The position numbers were made by a program, and so were the translations under genes. 64,000 nt of DNA from Podarcis vaucheri (Eukaryota), in the NCBI GenBank assembly GCA_965113315.1, contig OZ220365.1. One strand, written 5' to 3'. The notes beneath the pieces were generated by a model. That model had not been told where the DNA came from. It did not search any database and was given only the letters and a program-made list of their open reading frames with translations. Shown here in pieces: positions 12,505 to 24,589 of this stretch. Within the stretch, counting starts at the first letter, position 1, and every line of letters starts with the position of its first letter.

Positions 12505-12852
12505 AAGGTAAAGGTAAAGGGACCCCTGCCCCAGTCGTGGCCGACTCTGGGGTTGCGGCGCTCATCTCGCTATACTGGTCAAGGGAGCCGGTGTACAGCT
12601 TCCGGGTCATGTGGCCAGCATGACTAAGCCGCTTCTGGCGAACCAGAGCAGCACACGGAAACGCCGTTTACCTTCCCGCAGGAGTGGTACCTATTTATCT
12701 ACTTGCACTTTGACGTGCCTTCAAACTGCTAGGTGGGCAGGAGCAGGGACCAAGCAATGGGAGCTCACCCCGTCATGGGGATTTGAACTGCCGACCTTCT
12801 GATCGGCAAGGCCTAGGCTCTGTGGTTTAACCCACAGCGCCACCCGCGTCCC
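12505..12852 (-). mobile_element. Sauria SINE
   Basis: The minus strand begins GGGACGCGGGTGGCGCTGTGGGTTAAACC and ends in an (ACCTTT)n tail. TCAAATGTA is repeated at both flanks. Confidence 0.93.
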
Positions 12853-13520
12853 TTATTCTCAAATGTACAAGGGAGCTATTCTATTCCTTCTCTTGGTGCA
12901 CCGTTGTTATTATTTTGATTTTTGCCTTTCAGTTAGACAACTGAAGTGTCTCCACGTGATAACTGACTGAGTTACATGGCAATCTAACATTTCAGAATTT
13001 TAACAGTGTGTTGCTAGTTCATAACACTTCACTTTTAACATAATTGGGCCAAGATACAGCTAGTATTTGCATTATGACTCAAGACTGCTTGTCTTGCTCT
13101 AGCTGCATTCTTCTCCAAAAAGAATATTGTCTGTTTTATCCAACAAAAAGAAATAAAGGCAATTTTAAAGTCTTAATCTAAAAGGATTTAATAATGTAGC
13201 AGTCAAGAAGAGGAAAATAGCATATATATTTTTCAAGCAAGAAAAAGGAATGAGAGAGGTATTGTTAGCAAGTCTAAATGTTGGAAATACTGGTGCTGTG
13301 TATGCAAAAGTGAGAATGAGTTTATTCTATTCTATAAATGGATTCTATTCCCTCATATGCAATCTGAGAAAATGTATGTATTTTGTTTGATGTTCTGCCA
13401 ACAACAACAACAAAAAATCTAGTACTTTACCTTTCAGAATTCCCCACAGCTTTAAATTCTTTTCCCCCAAGAATGTTTGAGTTTTATAGGATCATTAGAG
13501 ATAAGAACTTTCTGTGTAAC

Positions 13521-13655
13521 CAAGGATGTGAAACCTGTGACCCTCCTGACTCCAGGTGTACATGAACTACATTTCCCATTATTCCAGACTACTCGCCATG
13601 CTGACTGAGATCTATCAAAGTTTGACTACAACAATATCTATGTTCACCATCCCTG
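13521..13655. mobile_element. degenerate palindromic hAT MITE
   Basis: The ACTACA(T/A)TTCCCAT core and CCCTG end resemble the element at 42400-42535. Confidence 0.45.
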
Positions 13656-14323
13656 AAAACATTTTTTTAGAGAAAACAAAACAAAACCACACACTCTGAA
13701 TTATGCTCCATATTACCTAAATTAGAAAGTAGTCGTCTCAAGCAGAATCAAAATCATAGACTAAAATTTGGGAATATAAAAGTAAATTCAGCACAATTCC
13801 AAATGCAGTGATTTTGTGATGAAGGAAAACAACCCCAAGTTTAGATGTAATTGTGACCAGATCCAGGAATAAAGAGGCAAGATACAAGTGATGGGTTGAA
13901 GCAGAGCTACATTTGATTTAAACTACATCTGCAGGGGAAATGAGAAGAGTAGGAGCCTAACTTAACAGTATGATGAGGAATGCTCCCAAAGCCTGGACCC
14001 CACGTCATGGTTAGTAGGGAGGGCTTTCTGTTCCACACAGCCAGGAGCCATACAACTCTGAGCAGGTGTGTGGCATGTGAAGCTCAATAGCATTCCATAT
14101 TCAGGGTTAAAGCCTCACAACCTAGAGCAAATGGTCTCTGGGATCACCCTTCAAGTTCAAAGGTGTCTAAGGGTGCTCACCTGTTACCTTGTCTACTTTA
14201 AGCATTCCTGCACATCCTGCCCAACAAAGCAACCAACTTATCAATGAATTCTAATTAACTGACTCAACCTATCTAACAGCACTGACCCTTAAACACCAAC
14301 AACCTCTGAATCCAGTAGAGAGT

Positions 14324-14398
14324 AGGCAGCCCTGTTTAGGGAAGTTTTTAATATTTAATGTTGTATTGTTTTTAACACTCGATTGGGAGCCGCCCAGA
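14324..14398 (+). mobile_element. L2-type LINE 3' tail running into the gap
   Basis: GGCAGCCCTGTTTAGGGAAGTTTTTAAT is also present at ~45502. Confidence 0.7.
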
Positions 14399-14542
14399 NN
14401 NNNNNNNNNNNNNNNNNNNNNNNNNNNNNNNNNNNNNNNNNNNNNNNNNNNNNNNNNNNNNNNNNNNNNNNNNNNNNNNNNNNNNNNNNNNNNNNNNNNN
14501 NNNNNNNNNNNNNNNNNNNNNNNNNNNNNNNNNNNNNNNNNN
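14399..14542. other. assembly gap (144 N)
   Basis: Run of n. Confidence 1.
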
Positions 14543-14648
14543 TAGCCAAATGTGCAGGCAAGCAAGAAATTCCTACTTGGCCCCAAAGAGACTGGTGAAC
14601 CTATACTGTAACAGAGGGTAGGTGCAAGAAACATACCAAAGAGGCATG

Positions 14649-14792
14649 GCTCAGTTGGCTCAATCAGTAGAGCATGAGACTCTTAACCTCAGGGTCGTGG
14701 GTTTGAGCCCCACATTGGGCAAAAACATTCCTGAATTGCAGGGGATTGGAATGGATGATACTCATGGTCCCTTCTGACTCTACAATTCTATA
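14649..14792 (+). mobile_element. tRNA-Lys(CTT)-derived SINE with a CR1-type 3' tail
   Basis: The head matches tRNA-Lys-CTT (GTAGAGCATGAGACTCTTAA.CTCAGGGTCGTGGGTT.GAGCCCCAC.TTGGGC) with substitutions. The tail GGTCCCTTC..ACTCTACAATTCTA is CR1-like. Confidence 0.85.
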
Positions 14793-15660
14793 CAACCACA
14801 GTCCACAGACAACGGCACTGGTGTGTGCAAACACACGGAACAGCATCGTGTCGCCAATCCCTTGCCAGCTACAAGAATGCTCTTGGATGCAGTGTTGCCT
14901 GGCTGTTAGGACTGGACAAGTAAGCTGTTACATGAAACCTAAATTAACTTGCTGACTAATTGATAATTATAATAACTGAAAATAACGAATAGGGACATAA
15001 TATTGAGCCAATAAAAAAAATATGTTGTTGTCCTAGTTATCATACGCATGATACTGAAATAAAAAGGCGGTATCTCACTTGGTGCTTGCAACTGAGATGC
15101 CTATTTCAGCATAATTGTATGGACAGTGTGTTTGGAAATGATCCCTTCCTTTGAATTTGTACAAAACACATTGAATTTGCCACTGTAATAACTTCACGGG
15201 CACAGAATATCTAACAAGAATGTTAAGAAGGAATACACAATTCTTTCGTAAAGAATAAATATTGAAAATCTGTGCAAAAAGAAAACTTTAACCCAATTGC
15301 TTTTTAGGGCAGAAATATGTTTGGCATATGAAAGGTAATTTCACATAGAACAGTAATATAATAATTACACCTGAATCCCATTGCATAGATGTGCAATGAA
15401 TTTTAAATAACCAAGATGGTTTCCATCAAGTTTTTAAATACTGAATAGCAGTATCTTGTATGGCTATAAAACATGAAGGGCAATTCCTTTCACTTTGAAA
15501 AAAAATAGCCATAAAACTGTGATTTTGGATTGAAAGGACAAGTGAAAGCAAAACTTTGGCTCTTTCTATCAACCCTATTTGTTCAAACAATCTCTATCCT
15601 GTTGTAGTCATTTTCTTCTGCAAACTACGGAGCTGTAATGCACACACAGTGCTGCTGTTC

Positions 15661-15947
15661 AGAAGGTCAGCGGTTCGAATCCCCGCAACGGGGTGAGCGC
15701 CCGTTGCTAGGTCCCTGCTCCTGCCCACCTAGCAGTTCAAAAGCACTTCAAAGTGCAAGCAGATAAATAGGTACCGCTCTGGCGGGAAGGTAAACAGTGT
15801 TTCTGTGCGCTGCTCTGGTTCGCCAGAAGCAGCTTAGTCATGCTGGCCACATGACCCGGAAGCTGTACGCCGGCTCCCTCAAGATGAGCGCCGCAACCCC
15901 AGAGTCGGTCACGACTGGACCTAATGGTCAGGGGTCCCTTTACCTTT
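15661..15947 (+). mobile_element. Sauria SINE, 5'-truncated
   Basis: B box GGTTCGAATCC, Sauria body and CCTTTACCTTT tail. Confidence 0.92.
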
Positions 15948-17442
15948 ATCTACATCTGCATGAAGATCCTATCTACTTCCTTCTATTCTTCCTTGGACAA
16001 GGCACACTGAACTGCCTCTGATTAAAACCCATATTTCCAAGGGAACTCCTTCGAGTCTCATTCCAATTATATGTGAGAATGATACAAAACGATTTTGTCT
16101 CTTTTTGCCCTAGATACATAAAGACTAGATGATTGATTCTTACCCAAGTCTGCTAAACTCTTATTCACCAGCGGCAAAATGTTGTTTGTGTTAATATGCT
16201 TAGGTTTTGTGGTATTTTGCCCGAAACCTCATCATCCACGTTGCTGATTGATTGCCATGATCTCTGCATGCAACCATTTACTGTTGCTGCTTGTGGAGCA
16301 GATGCGATACAGATCCTCAGGCTCTCTTTCACTGGTAGCTAAAAATGTCTCTGACTACAGTCTCATTACAATTAATTTCTGTTTCAGTTATTTTGTGATT
16401 ATTTTGTGATGTTAATTGGCATCCAGCAGAGGTATTTTTGTTATGCCTTGATTAGAAGCCTTCTATATCCTCTGCGTATCAGCTTGGATATACTGCATTA
16501 TGTTCCAAAATGCTATCCCTAAAGAGGCTGTAAATCACTTTCATATACATTTGACTCTACATCTCCTCTCTACCTAGCCATCCACAGCGGGATGTGAATT
16601 GCACAGCTATTTGAAGTTAGTGGGGGGAAATTCCCAGTGACTCAAATGGATCTGGAAGTGATACAAATATTCAAAAGACTGCAAAGTTACTTTAGATTTG
16701 AAATGCTTGCTGAATCTCTATGGGGAATGAAAAGCAAACTTATGGAGATGATTATGACTTTCAATAATTTGTAGAATGTGTGTTTCTTCCTGCAAATTTA
16801 TGCAACTCCAGGCAACTTAGGTAGCTAAATCAGAATTGTAAGGATATCCTCAGCGTTTTCCACAGCATTACTAACCCCATACCAATTTGAATGCCCATTT
16901 GCTGTACAAATGATCACCTTGCTTCAGTAAAATGCCATAAGGAAGTCCAGCATATTGATCTCAGTGAAGCTATGCAAAAATTCACTTATTCATAGAATGG
17001 AGAGGGGATGCGATTTTTATTCAATTTTTCATTCCCCTGCATGCTTGTAGCACCACTTTCTGTTCTGTGCTGGAGAGTCCTCAAACATTCTGGCGCAGAT
17101 TTATTTTTTATTTTTTAAGTGTGTAGGGGTGATTGGGAAATGGCCACCTCCTCATTCATAAACAATCTTTAAACATTGTTACAGAAGTACTCGAAGCTGT
17201 TTCTGCTATTCATGTGAATGAAATCTCGGATCCAAAGACCCTGTGAGCAACGTTCTGCTCATCAACACTCCCATTCATGAATGAAGAGGCCACAATAGCT
17301 GTTCCAAGAAAAATAAGAGCAAAAATGCCACATGGGTAATGCTGATGTTCCTCAATGATCAAATCAGCTACTTTTTGAATGTGCAGGAGTTATGCATTCT
17401 CCACAGGGCTGTTTAAGCATTAACTGTAGGTAGTAGTTAAAG

Positions 17443-17793
17443 TAAAGTAAAGGGACCCCTGACCATTAGGTACAGTCGTGACCAACTCTTGGGTTGCAGT
17501 GCTCATCTCGCTTTATTGGCCGAGGGAGCCGGCGTACAGCTTCCGGGTCATGTGGCCAGCATGACTAAGCCACTTCTGGTGAACCAGAGCAGCGCACGGA
17601 AATGCCGTGTACCTTCCCACCGGAGCAGTACCTATTTATCTACTTGCACTTTACGTGCTTTCGAACTGCTAGGTTGGCAGGAGCAGGGACTGAGCAACGG
17701 GAGCTCACCCCATCATGGGGATTTGAACCGCCAACATTCTGATCGGCAAGTCCCTAGGCTCTGTGGTTTAACCCACAGCGCCACCCGCATCCC
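17443..17793 (-). mobile_element. Sauria SINE
   Basis: Full head-to-tail match to the other copies. GTAGTTAAAGTA is duplicated at the flanks. Confidence 0.93.
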
Positions 17794-18885
17794 AGGTAGT
17801 TAAAGTAGATGTTAACAAAATCATCCAAAATAAGTGAAGTTTGATTAAAGTCATCTCTCAGGGGCCAGCTGGGCAGGGCCAGGAAGTGGATCCCAGTGAG
17901 GCAACAAATGCTGTTCACTGAAAGAGGGGTGATGATTTATTTTAACGCCCTAGTACATTCCAGCTGCTTCGCAGTCATTAACAAAGCTGTTACATTGTCT
18001 ACCCAGTAACTGTATCTTTCCCCCCTCTCTTCTGGTTGCTTCTTATTCCACTTTGTAAAGTGCTCTCTGCATTTAGAAAAGCTTACATGTTATTGCACCA
18101 ACAAGGTTGGTCCAACAAAAACAGCAGCAAAAATATTTGGCTCATTTTTGTATCCCACATTATTTGGAATGAACACAGAATCCATTTTTTTATTTGTGAG
18201 ATGTAGCGCAGCACACAGAAATGATAATGGATGGGGAAATCTCAGTTGATTCAACCCACACAAACACAAACAAAACTAATAAAGCTTAATAAAATAAACT
18301 CAGCCCACACAACTCCCCTGAACCTATTTTTCACAGCTCTGGCACACAAATAATTATATTTTCTTTAGCATTTCTCATAGCAGGTGCACTGCAAAACACA
18401 CTGCAGCTAAGCAACACTGACTGTATTCAAAGAGTGTATTAAAATATAAATCTAGAACTTAAAAGACCAGGCTTCACATATGTTTAGGACTGGCACTTAA
18501 AAGAAAATACACACTCATCTGTAGCCCCAGACCTAGGCACCTCTGATTTCTTTGCAGTTTTTGAATCAGTACATGGGCAGTACACTTGTGTACTATATTC
18601 TCAAATGCAAACTTTGGAGTCACCCAGAGGATACAGAAAACAAACAAACCACAACCCTTAACCACAGTAAAGAAAATAGGATTCTGCTTTATAGCAAGTC
18701 AAATTAATTGTCCATGTTGCCCAGTAATGCTTATGCCAGCAACTCTCCAAGGTCTTAGGCAGAGTTCTATCCTTTAACTAAAACTACAGTTTATGCTCTC
18801 CATTGAGATACAGTCCCTCCCCAGAGTTATTACCATTTCTGTGTGGAGTATGATTATAAGAACCAACTGGTCCAAGGGCATGGTC

Positions 18886-19468
18886 CATAGCTGTCAACTT
18901 ACAGATTTGAAAATAAGGGACCAGCAGCCAAAATAAGGGACCTGCAGCCTCACCTGTTCAAGGCACTCCAGTCTTCCTGTCCTCCTGCAGTCTGGTCAAA
19001 CTCATGCTGGTAGCTTCGAGAACACTGTCCAACCAACTTTGTAACCAGAGGTTCAACTGAACAGAATCTGAATCACATGCACCACAAGGCCTATGCAGCC
19101 TCAACTTAAGATGGCTCCCCAGCCTGGCTTTGCACTGCAAAGTTTGCAGCAGCACGTGCAACAAAATGGCGCCCAGCATTCAAAAACCCCCTCAGCTTGC
19201 ATTAACTAGCCACATACAAGGCATGCAAGCTCCACCCCCAGGTCGTTCTTAGACTTCTTATTGGGTGAGCAACACAGCCAAGCAACACAGTTGGAGCCTC
19301 CCTCCTCCCTGGCCGGCAGGGAGGGAGGGAGAGGAGCTGCTTCCTTTGAAATTTAAGGGACATCATTTAAGGGACATTTAAGGGACATCCATCAATAAGG
19401 GACAGCAGCGGGACATGGCGCTGGAATAAGGGACTGTCCCTTCAAATAAGGGACACTTGACAGCTATG
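18886..19468. mobile_element. non-autonomous hAT transposon with an internal Bov-B piece
   Basis: 12-bp TIR CATAGCTGTCAA/TTGACAGCTATG, perfect 8-bp TSD GCATGGTC (18878-18885, 19469-19476) and eight TAAGGGAC subterminal motifs. Confidence 0.92.
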
Positions 19469-19676
19469 GCATGGTCTGTGGCCACTATGTATATGAGCTG
19501 GAAACCACGCAGGTCTAGATCAGGTCAGTGGGTGGCTTGTATATATACCCATATTTCATCTTGTGTTCCATGATGGAAAAAGGGAGGATAGGAAGGTGTG
19601 TGTTTTTCTTTTTTAAATAACTTGAAAGGAGAACTGTTGAAGATGCATAAAATCTGTAAAAGTTTGATTAGCTCTG

Positions 19677-19678
<2 letters not shown>

Positions 19679-19753
<75 letters not shown>
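19679..19753. repeat. (GT)n(GA)n compound microsatellite
   Basis: Direct reading. Confidence 0.98.
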
Positions 19754-19757
<4 letters not shown>

Positions 19758-21048
19758 CCAAGATGCAGTCTAGTGATTGATTAGAGTACTGAATTTAGGC
19801 CAAGGAAACTTGGGTTCAAATCTCTGTTCAACCACTATGCTTACTACGTCTGTTTAGCTCTCCTGCAGCCCTAAACTAAATGAAACCCATGCGTTGGCCA
19901 GATATGCAGAAAAATTACTTGGGATAACTGAATGTACTATGCACATGACTGCTTTGAGAGGCTCTTTTATTATAGGCTTCTAGTGTTTCTCAGAGAATAA
20001 GAATATGGAATGGTCACACTAATTCCTGCATATCCAGCAGTGACAACTTGAGGTGAATTATTCAAATTGAAATGTTGTCTCCCACCAGTGCATAGGTGTT
20101 ATTTATGTTCCTGGCATTTTCTTCCTAAAATAAGCTTAGCAGCGAAACAGTGGATTAACATTTTTCTTTCCTGAGCTAGCTGGGGCAAATGCCAGTGTAG
20201 TAGTACCATATTCGACTTGTCTTGAGTGATACTTGGCCCTTACAGTGCAAGTAGCCCTAATTGAGATAATTGCTCAGCAAATCAAAGTAGTGTAGTGAAG
20301 CAAGTAATTATGTGTCACAAATTGCTGGGCTAAACTATTTATTTTTTCAACCTGAATAAGTAACAAGTAGCAGGATTGCCCGAGTCTTCTTCTTGTGAAT
20401 GAAACAGAGAGAGGGGGAGAGAGAGAAAGAGCGAGAGAGAAGTGACAAACCCATATTTTTTCTAAGCGACTGCTCTGGATGATGATTCATATTTCCTTTC
20501 TGAATCTTTTCAGACATGAAATTGTTTTAGATCTGGAGGCTATGATCCCTAACAGACATTAGAGAGAAACAATTTTCTTCAAGGCAAATTTAAGGCCAGA
20601 ATCAGAAGGAGAAGACTGTAGTTTTGCTTTCTGTACCAATATTAATTTAAAAACTGACCACTGGGCAACCCCTCCACTCAGCTCTTGTCAAGAATCTGCC
20701 AACAAAAGAGTGGCACTGAATAGTTTTCTCTACCTGAGCATATATCTTGTTGTGACACTTTGGAGACTAAAAGAAGGCAAAGGTGTTGAGTAATCTTCAT
20801 ATAATATATATAGTTTCAGACAGCTGAGCCAAAGATTGGTGAAAACACCAATCAAGATACCACAAAAACTGAAAAGACAATTACAGCAGTTTCCGTGTTA
20901 CAATTTACTCTTTTCTTCCTGTTTTCTATTTTCTAAGAGGTTGTCTCGTGTGAGCGCTCTATGTCTGAACTGGGAATTGACAGATTATTACAAATTACTC
21001 CAGTAGTTTGTGGGGGTGGGGGAATAAAAATGGAGCAGCTGCTTAGTC

Positions 21049-21210
21049 TTAAGAACATGGAAAGAGCTCTGCTGCGTGAGGCTAAAGGCCCAACTTCTCC
21101 AACATCCTGTTCTCACAACTAGATGCCTATGGGAAGCTTGGAAACAGGAAGCCTGAGTGCAGAAATGCTCTCCCCATTTGCGATTTACAGTATTCAGAGG
21201 CCTAGACACC
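21049..21210 (-). mobile_element. CR1-type 3' end fragment
   Basis: TAAGAACAT..AAGAGC..TGCTG...GGCCCA..TCCAACATCCTGTTCTCACA...AGATGCCTATGGGAAGC resembles the reverse complement of a common squamate CR1-type tail. Confidence 0.55.
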
Positions 21211-21454
21211 CACCATCCATGTGAGCATGCCAGATATTGTTTTTAACTTGTGGCTCTGAATGTGCGACATACACATACCTTGACCAATATCTGCCATAGG
21301 GAGAATGGCAGTTTTTGGAGTCTCTTCCATTGCAGAAAACATGGTGGCCTAGGAGAGTGGGTCACACTCATGATGCACAGATATATCATTAATAAAACGT
21401 AAGTGGATCCACTCTCACATGACAACCCTGCCCAGTTCTTCTGATTCCCCTGCC

Positions 21455-21820
21455 TGTGGGAGTCAGATAGCCACGGCAGAGGCTTGTAATATTGCAGGGT
21501 GCCCCCTGACCTCGGCTGACCAGCACTCTGAGCTTTACAATGTATTGGAATGCATGACCTTATATGGAGTTATGTTCCCCCCCCTTCTGGGCAGTGTAAC
21601 CCTATATCGTTTGTGGGTGGGTTAAAGCCTTGACCGGATGTAGGTAACGTGAGACATTGGACTGCAGCCATGCGGCTGGAGAGGAACAAAGGAGAATAAA
21701 CGGACTGGAGGAAGGGGAATAAGTCTGAATTTAGCTGCCCTCCGTCCATGGAAATATTGCTGGCCTCAGTGTCTTTATTTTATGCCTAAAAAGCACCATT
21801 TGTAACGGCAGGCTCCGACA
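21455..21820 (+). mobile_element. 5' LTR of a betaretrovirus-like ERV
   Basis: TGTGGGAG...CTCCGACA inverted termini, TATA-like CCTATAT (~21601), AATAAA (~21695), and a PBS 2 nt downstream. Confidence 0.8.
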
Positions 21821-21822
21821 AG

Positions 21823-21839
21823 TGGTGCCCCGTGTGAGG
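21823..21839 (+). promoter_or_regulatory. primer binding site for elongator tRNA-Met
   Basis: TGGTGCCCCGTGTGAGG is the reverse complement of the vertebrate elongator tRNA-Met 3' end (CCUCACACGGGGCA-CCA). Confidence 0.88.
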
Positions 21840-21950
21840 CTAACTTAAAAGTGTGAGGCTAACTTAAAAGTGTGAGGCTAACTTAAAAGAAGAGGCTAAC
21901 TTAAAGAAAAGAGGCAAACTTAACGCAAACAGTCTGAGGCAGACTAAGAG
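21832..21950 (+). repeat. 19-bp tandem repeat in the ERV leader
   Basis: GTGTGAGGCTAACTTAAAA x3 perfect, followed by about three degenerate GAGGC(T/A)AACT units. Confidence 0.95.
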
Positions 21951-22104
21951 GATTTTAAAAGAAACTGTGAGAGGATTTTTGATCCAAGCAGTGGTTATCA
22001 TCGGCTCACTACGTCCGGCAAGGATTGCAAGCGCTAATCATCTTAAAAAGATCCCGGTGAGTCCGATCCCTTCTCTTCTCTTCTATTATATTGAGTTTTG
22101 AAAA

Positions 22105-22807
22105 CTGGGCAGCTCTTTGACTACTCCCCAACAGAAATTTTTAAAAGACTTAAAATTTCTCCTCTCCTCCAACAAATTGGAAGTTCCTGAGGGTGATTTG
22201 ATACAGCTCATTCTGGCTATTGATGAACATTCTCCCTGGGACTTGGGTGTAATTGCAAATGGGACTTGTGAATTGAAACTTTGGGACAAGATTGGTGAAC
22301 ATTTTCATGAGCTCCCCAACATCAGTACTCGGATTTTAAATGCATGGTGCAAGGTTCGATATGCTATGGGTTCTTTATCACCAAAAAATATCTCCCTGGC
22401 TGCATCGCCAACACAACCTTCAGCTTCTTTAATCCAGCCTGCTGTGTTAGAGTCTGCTGTGTTAGCCTCTGTTCCGATATTTGCCTTTGTGTGTATTTTT
22501 CTTTGCCTTGCACCCCAAAATGACGGCTGGTTTCCGTCAATTGGTTCCCACACCTGCCTCTACAGGTATTCCCCATTTTGCTCTTCAGCCGACTGCACTG
22601 CCAGGGCTAGGCGCATTTGGCTTATTAACTGTGATTTAATGCTGGTTAAAGCCTTGGTCCGCTGTCCAGACCCCTCTCATTTGGCTGCCCCTGATAGAGC
22701 AGTTTGAACTTTGGCTTGGAGGGCTTTTGCCTTACAGTGTGGCCAGCCTGGGGCACTAAAATGGCTGGCCACTGGAAAGTGATTACTCGCGCCCTGGGAA
22801 TGGGGTC
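22105..22807 (+). pseudogene. gag: ERV class II (beta-like) gag: matrix domain plus CA/NC remnants
   Basis: (CTG)GSSLTTPQQKFLKDLKFLL...LILAIDEHSPW....GTCELKLWDKIGEHF...ILNAWCKVR follows the beta-retroviral matrix pattern (PW..GT...W..IG). Later remnants read CGQPG(H), GHWK and PGNG. A splice-donor-like GGTGAGT lies at ~22056. Confidence 0.82.
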
Positions 22808-24153
22808 ACAACTGCCACCCACCCAGATTGCAGGGTAAGCAGCTTTCCCCCCATCCTTTCATGCCCATCCCAGGCCATTCAGGAGGATCCTTCAACCTCA
22901 GGAGCTGCTTTTGGGGTGGCTGGATGCAGCCGAGAGCTGTACTGAGGGTGGGAGATAGAGTGAAACTCCCCATGGGGATTTTCCCTGTTTGCCACCCTTT
23001 GTTGCCTGCATTGCTGCTCTTGTACTATGTGAGCTGCTTCGGCAACAGTATGGAAAAAGTGTCATAGAAATTTAAAGTTAAAGGAAGGGTTTAAAACTTG
23101 CTTTTATCACAAAAGACCAAAATAACTTGAGGACTTCCAGATAGAAATTAGAATAATATTTTAAGGAAGGGGAGAGGCATGTGGCCATAACAGTTCGATC
23201 CCATATTAAAATCTAACCCTATTATTTCAACAGGAACAAACTAAGAAACTACAAATGTTTACAATGTAGGTGTTAACAGATAAATGCTTTTCTTTATTAT
23301 TATTTTAAATTAAGACACTAGTAATATTGAAACAAGGATTTCATAGTTAATTGTAGAAATATGGTACCTAGCAATTATGCATTACCAACATGCTCTTAAA
23401 ACTGGCTTGTTTATGCGGCTGCTTGTTTATGCTATAATTTTGCCAAAATAGCACAGCTTTGTAATGGCTAAATCTCTGAATCAGTTAAAGAAGAAGAAAG
23501 AAGGGGAGGACAGGAAGGAGGACAAGGACTATATTAGGATAATGTTGTGGGTTGCTTTTCTTATGTAATATTTGTTTACTGTTTGATTTTTTTTAAGTTT
23601 CTGTAGAACATGCAGGGAGGAAGTAAGGAAATGGTAGCATGCAATGTAAAACTTGGGACTATGGGGTACTGCTACTTGAAAATTCAAAAGGTCGATTTAG
23701 AAGCTGTGCCTACTGTGTCCTATCACTGAGAGGAGAGAATAGGTAAAACAGACTTATTAATCACGCAATACAAGTAACTACTTTTTGTTCGCAGGTTGGT
23801 GGCTCCTCCATGCTTATCTCATGCAAATTTTTACTTTATCCTAATCTGTGTTTTAGAATTAATCGAACACTGAAAGATACTTCACACATGAACACAAGAA
23901 TTTGGGGGGGCAGAATCAGTGCAGAGGCTCCAAATCCTAGGTCCCCTTCTGAGGTACCTCTAGTTCTGTAGAACACTCCTTCCCAAAGGATGGGAATAGG
24001 AAAAATCCATGTCATCAGTTAGTCCTGCTCATGCAGTTGCCTCCTTCACATGCAACCGGGAGCCATATAGGATTGCATATCCAAATATTTTTGTGACTTT
24101 ATGTGATGGCAGCCTTATTCCTATTGGGTATAATAACTGAACCTACCAGAAAA

Positions 24154-24544
24154 CAGACCTTCCAATTGTTCCTATTTTCCAGGGACAGTCCCAGATTAAC
24201 AGAAGCCATTTCTGGTTTCTGATTTGATCCTGGAATGTCCTGCTGTTCTTTAAAGATAAAGGTAAAAGACCCCTGACAGTTAAGTCCAGTCGCTTTCAAT
24301 GCTGTTCCTTAGGACACCTCTATTTTCATTGGAGAAATGTTGGAGATTATGATAGGATGTCCCTATTTTCATCAGAGAAGTGTTGAAAGGTATAGAGTTA
24401 TGAGCCCTCAAGCCAAGAAGTTAAGTAACTATATAATTTCTAGAAGACAACTGATTTTTTAATATTATTATGTTTTTATATGTGTTGGAAGCCACCCAGA
24501 GTGGCTGGGGCAGCCCAGTCAGATGGGTGTGGTATAAATAATAA

Positions 24545-24589
<45 letters not shown>

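Noticed and set aside
14269-14634. ORFs spanning X runs
   Set aside because: Artefacts of the N gap.
14649-14721. Functional tRNA-Lys gene
   Set aside because: Stem and A/B-box substitutions, and it runs into a CR1-type tail instead of a T terminator.
21832-21950. CRISPR-like array
   Set aside because: Head-to-tail repeats with no spacers, in a vertebrate ERV leader, with no cas genes.
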